Below, piece by piece: positions 1 through 8,242 of a stretch of 44,465 bases of DNA; positions within the stretch are counted from its first letter, which is position 1; the number at the start of each line of letters is the position of its first letter. Source of the DNA: Bdellovibrionota bacterium (GTDB lineage: Bacteria; Bdellovibrionota_C; UBA2361; OMII01); NCBI GenBank assembly GCA_044356215.1, contig JBIKWQ010000022.1:1-44465 (forward strand), written 5' to 3'. The notes under the pieces were generated by a model that worked only from the letters and a program-made list of their open reading frames with translations, did not search any database and was not told where the DNA came from. Both the position numbers and the translations under genes were made by a program.

Positions 1-64
1 TTCTCAGGCTAATAAAAAAAGCGGGGTGGCGGGGTATGTTAAGAATTTATGGCGGGGTATAATG

Positions 65-316
65 CTATTTGAAAGTAGGGTGTTGCGTTTTGGAATTGAA
101 GACCCCTCCCTGTCTAGGATCAAGGCCGATATCTTCACACAGCGGCAATTCGGAATCAGTGACGCCCGTGTCCTGCGCCGAACTACTGGCTGGGGCTGTG
201 AGCAATAATCCTGCGATGGTGATGAAGCTAGTCAGTTTCAGAGCGAATGAGGCAACATCTGTCTTATTGCCTGAGTATAGGAGTATTGTCTTCGAGATTA
301 AGTTAGATTTAAGCAT
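65..316 (-). CDS. Short putative exported protein, possibly truncated
   Basis: Hydrophobic stretch plus signal-peptidase-like site (FITIAGLLLTAPASSSA|QD); AAAGGT upstream of ATG; no recognisable domain. Confidence 0.35.
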   Translation of the reverse strand: MLKSNLISKTILLYSGNKTDVASFALKLTSFITIAGLLLTAPASSSAQDTGVTDSELPLCEDIGLDPRQGGVFNSKTQHPTFK

Positions 317-431
317 ATATAGTACCTTTTAATTTTCGCCCTAACATTGAGTCCTCAGAAGAGAGCAATCTGCTTCTGGAGAAATTAGTATTCCATCTAA
401 GAAAAGCTTCGTGATCGCCGCGGCACGAGAT

Positions 432-689
432 CTAGTAAATGTCCTTCCGATGCCCCAGACGCACTACGAGAATTATGAGCTGCGCTGCTCTAATCTGATA
501 GATGATCCTATAATCGCCGACCCTGACGCGAAATAAATCCTTCTCTCCCGATAGTTTTCTAACTCCACTAGGAAGTGGGTTTGACCCCAGCTTGTCGATA
601 GTCTTTCCAAGCCTCTCTTGCAGATCGTGGGTAAGCTTCCTAAACTCACGCTCAGCACCGGGGGCGAATTCTATACGGTACGAAGGCAC
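432..689 (-). CDS. relE: RelE/ParE-family type II toxin
   Basis: YRIEF..AEREFRKL and FRVRVGDYRIIY..LVVRLGHRKDIY motifs; GAGGAG SD before GTG; downstream of antitoxin. Confidence 0.92.
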   Translation of the reverse strand: MPSYRIEFAPGAEREFRKLTHDLQERLGKTIDKLGSNPLPSGVRKLSGEKDLFRVRVGDYRIIYQIRAAQLIILVVRLGHRKDIY

Positions 690-698
690 GACTGCTCC

Positions 699-956
699 TC
701 ACTTTAGTCCTAGCTCTTTCTTGAGCTTTGCCCAGGAGGTAGTGCCTTTCCTCTTAGCCTCTTTGATAGAGGCTTTCGCCGCGTCGATATCGATGGCGTC
801 TTCGAGTGATTCAAGCATTTCAAGGTCTGATACCGGGACTAACGCGACGAGATCCTTGCCTCGTCTGTGCAGCACAATTCGTTCGCCAGAATAGCAAACT
901 TGATTAACTACTTCGGAGAAATCTTCCCTTGCTTCGCTAACAGAGATTTTGGTCAT
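699..956 (-). CDS. Phd/YefM-family antitoxin
   Basis: MTKISVSEAREDFSEVVNQV..GERIVLHRRGKDLVALVP Phd fold; acidic C-terminus; likely start ATG at 956 rather than 995. Confidence 0.9.
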   Translation of the reverse strand: MTKISVSEAREDFSEVVNQVCYSGERIVLHRRGKDLVALVPVSDLEMLESLEDAIDIDAAKASIKEAKRKGTTSWAKLKKELGLK

Positions 957-969
957 ATAAATTCTTGCT

Positions 970-1024
970 TTGTACGTTTTGTACACTACGTACAATTATG
1001 ACATAATGTACAACACAACAGCAA
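970..1024 (-). promoter_or_regulatory. TA promoter/operator with repeated GTAC-core sites
   Basis: GTAC cores at 972, 981, 990, 1008; minus-strand TTGCTG (1019-1024) N18 with TG-n-CATAAT (-10 at 995-1000). Confidence 0.6.
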
Positions 1025-1041
1025 GAACTGTTTCCTCAGCC

Positions 1042-1204
1042 TAGGGCATCGCAGTTCTTTATCACCACAGAGGACGCAGAGGACACAGAGAACGGCCATT
1101 TTATGGGCAATTATGGGGTTTTCTCTGTGTCCTCTGCGTCCTCTGTGGTAAAAAATATTTTACTAATTGTCTCCGTAACTTACCAAAAACACTGCGACGC
1201 CCTA
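1042..1204. mobile_element. MITE-like element copy 1 (163 bp)
   Basis: TIR TAGGGCATCGCAGT...ACTGCGACGCCCTA; 9-bp direct repeat TCCTCAGCC at 1033-1041 and 1205-1213; internal 29-bp perfect inverted repeat 1064-1092/1121-1149. Confidence 0.92.
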
Positions 1205-1251
1205 TCCTCAGCCCACCAGAGCTCTAAGACAGTTCCGTGATAAACCCCTGA

Positions 1252-2355
1252 TTACTTCCCCCTTTTCTTATAATCCAACCCTCGCGCCGGGCTCTGCTCA
1301 ACATCAAAGCGACGCTTGTCGTACCACTCAACCATCTGGATACTCGCGTGGCGCGAGAACTCCTGAACTTCGCGATGCGGGATTCCATCTGCTAAAAGCT
1401 TGGTGATCGCCGTGGCACGAGCGGAGTGGGGGGTGGCAAATGCTCCAGCCCCAGCGGCCATGCAGTACTGCTTAAAGAGCAGATAAACCCCGGTATCTGA
1501 GATCGGCCTCCCTGTTGAGCTAATGCCCGCTCGACCACTAAAGCCAACAAAGATGTAATCGCCTTCGCCGGCGCCATCTTTTCTCCGCTCGGTGACGAGC
1601 TCCCAAACAAACTGCGCCGCCCAATCCGGCAACGCCTGCTCGGCGTCCCTTTTGGCTTTGGTGTGTCTTAGATACATAAACGTAGTTTTGGAGCTGGTGC
1701 GCCTTAGATCGCCAATTCTTAAAGATACGAGCTCGCTGCGCCGGATGCCGCCACCAAAGAGAACAGCCAAAATAGCGCGATCGCGGCGACCCTTGGGCGT
1801 ATTCGGATCTGGAAGATTGATGATATCCATCACGAGATCGAAATCGATCATCTGAGTAGGGCGCTTGCGCCCGGCGTCCTTAGGTGGAGGTGGAACTTTG
1901 TCGGCCTCAAACGGGTTCTCGATGATTCCAACGTTGCTCGCCACTAACATTCTGTAGATCCGCCGCAGCGCGGCGAACTTCTTGTGGATCGTCGCGTTTG
2001 ATTGCGTAGCTTCAAGTCCGTCTTTTTTACGGCCGCGGCCCGTATCAACGAAGGTTGATACATCTTTAGCAGTCGAGGTTTTGGATGTCGCTGAGCGCTG
2101 CATTCGTGGACGCTCGCCAGGCTTGGTCTCAAGGAACTTGCGATACGCTATGGCGTGCAGATCTGTAGCGGCAACCATTCTGGCGGCGCTCTCTGGTGTC
2201 CCAGCCTTAGCCCCGAGGAACTGGCACCATTCGTTTAGTATCCCAGAGTAAGTCACTCTAGTCGCCGGTGACTTAAGAGAGAGGAAGGCCGATATCCGCA
2301 ACCAAACTTTCTCATTTGCGGCCCGGCTAGAACTGGCTATAAGCGAAGAAGTCAT
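1252..2355 (-). CDS. Tyrosine recombinase/integrase (Xer-like)
   Basis: Catalytic set GIRRSEL (R), TKAKR (K), HSAR (HxxR), SRHAS (H), WYD (Y); N-terminal SPAT..Y core-binding region. Confidence 0.92.
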   Translation of the reverse strand: MTSSLIASSSRAANEKVWLRISAFLSLKSPATRVTYSGILNEWCQFLGAKAGTPESAARMVAATDLHAIAYRKFLETKPGERPRMQRSATSKTSTAKDVSTFVDTGRGRKKDGLEATQSNATIHKKFAALRRIYRMLVASNVGIIENPFEADKVPPPPKDAGRKRPTQMIDFDLVMDIINLPDPNTPKGRRDRAILAVLFGGGIRRSELVSLRIGDLRRTSSKTTFMYLRHTKAKRDAEQALPDWAAQFVWELVTERRKDGAGEGDYIFVGFSGRAGISSTGRPISDTGVYLLFKQYCMAAGAGAFATPHSARATAITKLLADGIPHREVQEFSRHASIQMVEWYDKRRFDVEQSPARGLDYKKRGK

Positions 2356-2401
2356 AGTTGCATAGCTCTCAAGGGGCCCCTTTAGACCCTCTACTTTTAC
2401 T

Positions 2402-2431
2402 TATTAGTTTTCTAGTTCTCGTAAACTAATA
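2402..2431. other. Candidate recombinase site: 11-bp inverted arms with 8-bp spacer
   Basis: TATTAGTTTTC-TAGTTCTC-GTAAACTAATA (arms 10/11 complementary), 46 bp upstream of the recombinase start. Confidence 0.5.
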
Positions 2432-2514
2432 TGGTCACCTAGGGCGCCCGTTCTCGCAAGTGGTCTTTTTGCGTCTTAGTGCGAATCAGCTCTCTTTGTG
2501 GTATTCGTGCCCTC

Positions 2515-3270
2515 ATGCGTGGATTATTTATTCAGAATTCTATTGAGTATCGACTTAACGTTCAGGGCGACACCTTCGAACAGGGACAGTCGGTTGTTTG
2601 CGAATTAAAGATCATTAACCGAGCCGGCTCTCCAGTCATACTGAGCGCGCCAACCCTGAGACTTGCTCTAGGCGACCATAAGGCGGTTAAAGCGAAATCC
2701 GCCGAGCCATTCGAATCCGTCTCTGCCGCGGAGATCGAGCGTGGTTACGAACTAGCTCCCGGTGCTGAGCTATTGCAGTGCCATACATTCGTCCTGGACG
2801 CAAACGCCGCGATCAGTGATAAGTCGCGCGGTCTGTATCTAATCTATGGCGACTCTGCCGATGCGGCTCAGTTAGGACAACTCCCTCTGTCAGTCTCCCC
2901 TCACAAGCACCTGCGAGCTGTATTCGATACCCTTGCGACCGTTTTTAGCTTCATCCCTAAGGGGGAAAGCTCTAAAAACGGATGGACAAGTGCAAAGTTA
3001 AAGCCGCCAGAGTCGCGCGAGATGTCCTTCGTCGACGAATTAAATCTATCGATCAGGCTCATCGAGAACGAAGCTCTTGAGGCAAACTTCGTATTCACGG
3101 TTAAAAAATTAGCTGGCTCTCAAACAAAAGTAAGCGTGAAAAAAGCAAAGACTGAGGTTAATCAGACCTGGGAGAAAAACGAGTATCTTTTTGGCGGCGA
3201 CTTCGTAAGACAGGAATACGTTGAGGCCAAGATACAGGAAGCGTTGGCGCAGGTTAGATCCGGTCTATGA
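2515..3270 (+). CDS. Hypothetical protein, possibly Spo0M/arrestin-like
   Basis: Long ORF; beta-rich N-terminal half, then P..L..VF..L...F and FVDELNL segments reminiscent of Spo0M. Confidence 0.55.
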   Translation: MRGLFIQNSIEYRLNVQGDTFEQGQSVVCELKIINRAGSPVILSAPTLRLALGDHKAVKAKSAEPFESVSAAEIERGYELAPGAELLQCHTFVLDANAAISDKSRGLYLIYGDSADAAQLGQLPLSVSPHKHLRAVFDTLATVFSFIPKGESSKNGWTSAKLKPPESREMSFVDELNLSIRLIENEALEANFVFTVKKLAGSQTKVSVKKAKTEVNQTWEKNEYLFGGDFVRQEYVEAKIQEALAQVRSGL

Positions 3271-3987
3271 GCGCGGATCGCGACAAACAAAAAACAAGTC
3301 ATCTGTCTCAGGTCCGGGCCTACGTCGATCCGGGTCAATCATCGTAACGGTTTTGAAGTAGACGCCAAGGTAATCCAGAATAGTTTCTGTAGGGACAACT
3401 AACTCCGGGAGCACCATCTTGTGGAGCTTAAAACTCCCCCTGCCGGCTTTTTCAAATCGCTTTAAAACTATCTCATAATTAAAACGCTTCAGACGATTTA
3501 CCTGAATAATCGAGACAAAATCATCCGAGTTCTCGGTCACAGAAGCCTCATCAGCGTAGCACTCAAGCTTGTATTCAGTGTTTACGTCAAATATGAAGAT
3601 GCCGCCGGGATTTAGGTGCTGATGCGCCCTCTCAAAAACCCCGCGCCATTTAGCACGTGACGTTACGTGGTTAATTGTGTCAAATGGACAGATAACCACA
3701 TCAAATCGGCTCTTTAGATCGAAGCTAGAGATATCGCCGTGATGGAGCTTTGCCCGTGGCGCTTTAGTCTTGGCGATGCGGAGCATCTCTTTCGATAGAT
3801 CCATCCCCTCGCACTTATACCGGCGAGTTAGGGTCTTTAGCATACTGCCCGAACCGCACCCTAATTCTAAAACTGACTTAGCCTTGGGGTGGTACTTAGA
3901 GAGTAGCTCAAAAAGGAAATCCGCGACCTCCTGACGATCTCCAACAACATGGTCGTAATGATTAGCGAACGAATCGTATCTGCTCAT
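3265..3987 (-). CDS. Class I SAM-dependent methyltransferase
   Basis: VLELGCGSG motif I, GMDLSKEML, FDVVIC, LNPGGIFIFD. Confidence 0.9.
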   Translation of the reverse strand: MSRYDSFANHYDHVVGDRQEVADFLFELLSKYHPKAKSVLELGCGSGSMLKTLTRRYKCEGMDLSKEMLRIAKTKAPRAKLHHGDISSFDLKSRFDVVICPFDTINHVTSRAKWRGVFERAHQHLNPGGIFIFDVNTEYKLECYADEASVTENSDDFVSIIQVNRLKRFNYEIVLKRFEKAGRGSFKLHKMVLPELVVPTETILDYLGVYFKTVTMIDPDRRRPGPETDDLFFVCRDPRS

Positions 3988-4097
3988 AGTTTTATGTCAA
4001 TTTACGCCGAGTCATTAGACCCTCAAATCCCCCCTTTTGCAAACCCCGCCGATCGACTATTGATCACCAAGAACACCAAACAACATATGAGGCTCTT

Positions 4098-4466
4098 ATG
4101 ATGAAAAGATTTTTATCAACTATCGCGCTCGTGGCTTTGACCGTAGCACCGACTATCGTCTCGGCTACTCCTCACTGTCGCCCCTGCCCTTACTCGTGCA
4201 TGGACCTTGGTATGGGCAATAAGGATTGCAGCTTTGTCAGCGAATCTCGGGGAATCTGTTGTCTCGATCTAACCAAGAAAGCTCTCGAAGTTGCGATGGC
4301 TCAGGAAAATGTCGCAAGCCAACCTGGCGCTAATCGCCCACTTCAAGTTCAGGGAAGCTGCCCTCCAGAATTCCGCCCAAGTGAGCAAAAGTGCTCGCCT
4401 GAAGAGAGACGCCGCGGCTGTAAAGATATGCGTATGCCTAATGGGATGGGGTGTGTGAGGAGGTAG
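4098..4466 (+). CDS. Secreted cysteine-rich protein
   Basis: Signal peptide MMKRFLSTIALVALTVAPTIVSA; 10 Cys in mature part; GAGG SD. Confidence 0.75.
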   Translation: MMKRFLSTIALVALTVAPTIVSATPHCRPCPYSCMDLGMGNKDCSFVSESRGICCLDLTKKALEVAMAQENVASQPGANRPLQVQGSCPPEFRPSEQKCSPEERRRGCKDMRMPNGMGCVRR

Positions 4467-5382
4467 TCGACTCCTTAACAATATACGTCGGCCTCTGCTT
4501 GGATTGAACATAGAGCATGCCGACGTATTCGCCGATAATACCGAGCACTATTAGCTGAATTCCGCCGATTAAGAGAACACTCGACAAGATCGACGCCCAA
4601 CCGGGAATTGAGATCTTAAATACAAAGAACGCCAAAAGAGCATAGATTAAATACAAGAAAGCGATCGCTGATATCACAGTCCCGCAGAAGGTCGCTAATC
4701 TTAGCGGACGCACGCTAAATGATGTCACGCCATGTAAAGCGAGTCTCGCCATGCGAACAAGCGAATACTTAGTGGTTCCAGAGAATCGCGCATCGGGATT
4801 GTACGAGATCGAGCACTGCTTAAATCCAAGCCATGGGATTAGGCCCCTTAGGAATAGAAACGGGTCGTTCATCGATGATATAATAGACGCGACGCGACGG
4901 TCGATTAATCTAAAATCCGCAGCCCCCTCCTCTATCGGATGCTCGGTAAGTTTATTAATGAATTTATAGAACAGGCGTGATGTAACCCGTTTAAACAGGG
5001 GAAGTTTCATATTAGCCTGCCTCACCGTGTAAACGATGTCATAGCCAGACTTCCACTTCTCGATCAGATTTTTGATTAAAGCCGGAGGGTGCTGCAAATC
5101 AGCGTCCATCATAATTACGCAGTCGCCATTAGCGCGATCGAGCCCCGCCTTTAAAGCCTGCTGATGTCCAAAGTTTCTTGACAGGGATACGTATCGGAGA
5201 GTTTTGTATTTAGAGCTCTGCTCGCGCAGCACTCGCAGTGTCTCGTCAGTGCTTCCATCGTCAACGATTATAATCTCATGGTCAAAGAGCTGGTCTAACT
5301 CGGTGGTGAGCCTCTCCAGCAGAACTGGTATGTTCTCCTGTTCGTTTAAACAAGGGATAACTACTGAGAGAGTCGGTGCCAT
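4438..5382 (-). CDS. GT2 polyprenol-phosphate glycosyltransferase (GtrB/ArnC-like)
   Basis: SVVIPCLNE, VDDGSTD, SRNFGHQ, MDADLQHPP, two C-terminal TM helices, GEYVG..RP.Y. Confidence 0.92.
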   Translation of the reverse strand: MAPTLSVVIPCLNEQENIPVLLERLTTELDQLFDHEIIIVDDGSTDETLRVLREQSSKYKTLRYVSLSRNFGHQQALKAGLDRANGDCVIMMDADLQHPPALIKNLIEKWKSGYDIVYTVRQANMKLPLFKRVTSRLFYKFINKLTEHPIEEGAADFRLIDRRVASIISSMNDPFLFLRGLIPWLGFKQCSISYNPDARFSGTTKYSLVRMARLALHGVTSFSVRPLRLATFCGTVISAIAFLYLIYALLAFFVFKISIPGWASILSSVLLIGGIQLIVLGIIGEYVGMLYVQSKQRPTYIVKESTTSSHTPSH

Positions 5383-5385
5383 AAT

Positions 5386-6375
5386 TTACCTGGGCTTTAA
5401 AACTGCTACAGCAACCTGCAACTCAGCCCCAAAAGCGCACATGAGCACCGTATCAGCGTCGCCCGTCAGGTTACTATCCGCGATTACATCCTCCAATCCC
5501 AAGAAGCACGCCGCTCCTGAGATGTTGCCAATTCGAGTTATCCCGTCCGTATAGAGCTGATCTGGTCTAACTTCAAATGCCGGTACGAGCTCGTTGAGCA
5601 TCCTGATATTTGCTTGGTGTGGGATAATATAAACGTGATTAAAACGTTCTATTCCAGAGAGAGCCTTGACCCGTGGAGCGATCCTGGTCCCGAATTCAAA
5701 AACTCCCCTGCCCCTCATATGTAGCTGATAGCAAGATCTGACCTCACCTTCCTTGAGCGCTAACGCGTTCGGCAGATTAATCACATCCACGCTCTCTCCT
5801 GCGTAAGTCTCTGACGCCACACGCTCGATCTTGAATCCACCCTTAATCGAGTCATCATTGGTAACCAGCGCGGCGGTGACGCCATCACTAAACAAGATCG
5901 CTGTTTTCCAACTCGATTTATCCAACATCCTACTTGTATGGTCGCCCGCTACAACCAAGTAGTAACTTGTCTTTCCCTGAGCTGAGTCCGCTATAAGTTG
6001 ATTGTAAGTCGCTTGCAGAGCTTGAACGCCGCCGGCGCACCCCATTCCGATATTTAGCGCCAGAAGATGGGTCAGACCTAATTTCGCGGCAATTAAAGGA
6101 GCCAAGCTCGGCATGAGATAATCGGTCGTTGGGTTACACGATGAAAATATCCCAGTTACCTTCTCAAGTGGCAGCTCCAACTTGGCCAATACCTCGCGAC
6201 ACGCGTCCGCGGAGAGTGATACCAGATCCTCATCAGGAGATATTTTGTGCAGCTGCGACACTCCGGTCAGACCGAGTATCGTCCCTGGCTCACGTTCAAA
6301 GTCCTGCTCGATCTCCGAAGCTTTAATTATCGTTGAGCCGAGGCGACGGGACACCCCTAGAATATTAACAGACAT
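5386..6375 (-). CDS. FabH-like 3-oxoacyl-ACP synthase III family protein
   Basis: Cys-His-Asn triad: MGCAGG, PHQANIR, GNISGA; C-terminal AFGA. Confidence 0.85.
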   Translation of the reverse strand: MSVNILGVSRRLGSTIIKASEIEQDFEREPGTILGLTGVSQLHKISPDEDLVSLSADACREVLAKLELPLEKVTGIFSSCNPTTDYLMPSLAPLIAAKLGLTHLLALNIGMGCAGGVQALQATYNQLIADSAQGKTSYYLVVAGDHTSRMLDKSSWKTAILFSDGVTAALVTNDDSIKGGFKIERVASETYAGESVDVINLPNALALKEGEVRSCYQLHMRGRGVFEFGTRIAPRVKALSGIERFNHVYIIPHQANIRMLNELVPAFEVRPDQLYTDGITRIGNISGAACFLGLEDVIADSNLTGDADTVLMCAFGAELQVAVAVLKPR

Positions 6376-6577
6376 CTTTAAACACCCTCACTTAAGCTTG
6401 GCTGACTATACACTAAAATTAACCGCTGAACACCGTCTAGAGTCTGTATTTAAAAGTCGGAACCCGCTGAATAATAACGATTTTTGTCATTACCCTGAAG
6501 CAAAATCCCTTTAATAACGGATCCTTATTTAAGCTGGTATCTTTATTAAAATTAAGAGTCACGATAAAAAAGCAGTT

Positions 6578-6778
6578 ATGTCGACCAATGATTTTGTTTA
6601 CCAGACCTTTCTGATTTACATCTTTATCAAGAGTTTAGTTTTCTTCCCGCTCGTTTGGGTGGCGTGTGTTTATCGGTGGTCTGAAAGAAGCAAAGCTACG
6701 GTCTCGACTAAAGCTGACTCAAATCAGGAAGCTCAACAACCCGCTGGTTTGCCAGCTCTTGAATTGTTGCCGCAGTAA
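6578..6778 (+). CDS. Possible small membrane protein
   Basis: One strongly hydrophobic segment; overlaps bioD 3' end by 71 bp; no SD. Confidence 0.3.
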   Translation: MSTNDFVYQTFLIYIFIKSLVFFPLVWVACVYRWSERSKATVSTKADSNQEAQQPAGLPALELLPQ

Positions 6779-7349
6779 CCGCTGTCAACTTAGGAACACG
6801 TCCTAAGATATCTATCCTACCTAGCTTTGAGATAATCCTCTCAGTATCTGGCAATTCATCGCCATTAAATACCACTCCGAGCACCAAGGCTCCCCGGCCT
6901 CTTAGAGCCTCTAGAGTAAGAAGTGTATGATTTATGCTGCCTAAATAGTGCCGTGACACAACTACAACCGCGCAGCGCCACTTAGAGACTAGGTCTAGGT
7001 TTGTTTGGAGATCGTTAAGAGGAACCAGGACACCCCCAGCTAGTTCGACTAAGATTCCACGATCGGTTTTAGGTACGTTTACAAGCTCTTCTAGCTCAAT
7101 ATCTCGCCCCTCTAGGGCCGCGGCCACGTGAGGAGAGAGGCTCTTCTTAAACGTGTACCTCGGCTCATGGACCTTAACAGGTAGACCGGACAGAAGGCCA
7201 CGCATAATCTCGTGATCGACCGGACCGTCCTCGCTACCGCTAGCTACAGGCTTCCAATAATCTAGCTCGTGTTGTCTACACAGAAGAGCCGAAACGACGG
7301 TCTTACCTACATCAGTGCCGATTCCAGCGACTACCAGAGGAAGGGACAT
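6708..7349 (-). CDS. bioD: Dethiobiotin synthase
   Basis: GIGTDVGKT P-loop, YWKPV, SPH.AA, ELAGG, LGSINHTLLT. Confidence 0.93.
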   Translation of the reverse strand: MSLPLVVAGIGTDVGKTVVSALLCRQHELDYWKPVASGSEDGPVDHEIMRGLLSGLPVKVHEPRYTFKKSLSPHVAAALEGRDIELEELVNVPKTDRGILVELAGGVLVPLNDLQTNLDLVSKWRCAVVVVSRHYLGSINHTLLTLEALRGRGALVLGVVFNGDELPDTERIISKLGRIDILGRVPKLTAVTAATIQELANQRVVELPDLSQL

Positions 7350-7360
7350 GGCTAAGCGAA

Positions 7361-8242
7361 CTAGAAAGCTCTTAACTCAATGCTGGAGCCTGCGGTAAGG
7401 GGTCGCAGAGCCGAAGTTATTGAGCTCGATGCCTCTAACGCCTTCTCCAGGATGTTCTTCTTCCCATTGGCATAATGAAGTGTCGGTAATTCATCATCCT
7501 TTAGAGTAACACCAGCGCTCGCAAGGCCGAGCTTCGCGGCGTCGTAAACATCGCCGAAATCATCAACTAATCCGAGAGCCTTCGCCTCATGTCCGATTAT
7601 TAAACGACCGTCAGCGAACTCTCGCACTTTAGCCTCGGGGATTCCTCGCCCCTCAGCGACAGCTTTAATGAACAACTCATGTACCTTCGTCGCCGTGTCC
7701 TCGAGGAACTTCCTCTCCTCTGGGGTCATGTCTCTAAACTGATTGCCAACATCCTTAAGAGCGCCACTTTTAACTGTAACCATTGAAACTCCAACCTTAT
7801 CAGCCACAGATCTAAAGTTAGGAATCTGCATCACGACACCGATGGAGCCAGTCTGAGTACCTGGCTGACAGAGAACTTTAGTGGCAGCGACGCTGGAATA
7901 AAGACCACCTGATGCTGCCACCGATCCCATCGAGACTACGACCGGTTTAATAGCCTTTAACCTCTTAACCGCATTGTAAACCTCCTCTGAGGGAGCCACG
8001 GCTCCGCCGGGCGAATCAACCCTCAGAACGATCGCCTTGGTGTTTTTATCGCGCGCCTCATGGTAAAGCGCCTTCAAAACTTCACTAGAATCCTCTATCG
8101 GCCCCTTTAGCTCGACCACCGCGACCTTTGGGCCTCCTATCTTGCCGGCAGCGGCGAGCGCCCCACCAATAATCGGAAACACGACTGCTGCGATTAGAAT
8201 TAGTGTTAAAAGCTTCGCTAACCAGACTTTGTACTCGCTCAT
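7361..8242 (-). CDS. sppA: Signal peptide peptidase SppA (36K type)
   Basis: N-terminal TM, RVDSPGG, AASGGLY, TGSIGV, KSGALKD, ADGR. Confidence 0.92.
   Translation of the reverse strand: MSEYKVWLAKLLTLILIAAVVFPIIGGALAAAGKIGGPKVAVVELKGPIEDSSEVLKALYHEARDKNTKAIVLRVDSPGGAVAPSEEVYNAVKRLKAIKPVVVSMGSVAASGGLYSSVAATKVLCQPGTQTGSIGVVMQIPNFRSVADKVGVSMVTVKSGALKDVGNQFRDMTPEERKFLEDTATKVHELFIKAVAEGRGIPEAKVREFADGRLIIGHEAKALGLVDDFGDVYDAAKLGLASAGVTLKDDELPTLHYANGKKNILEKALEASSSITSALRPLTAGSSIELRAF

Noticed and set aside
1042..1204. Repeats as a CRISPR array
   Set aside because: Inverted and dispersed, with no repeat-spacer periodicity and no cas genes.
6421..6471. CCGCTGAA direct repeat and an IS5-like end (TAGAGTCTGT)
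   Set aside because: No partner inverted end or transposase remnant found; may be chance.
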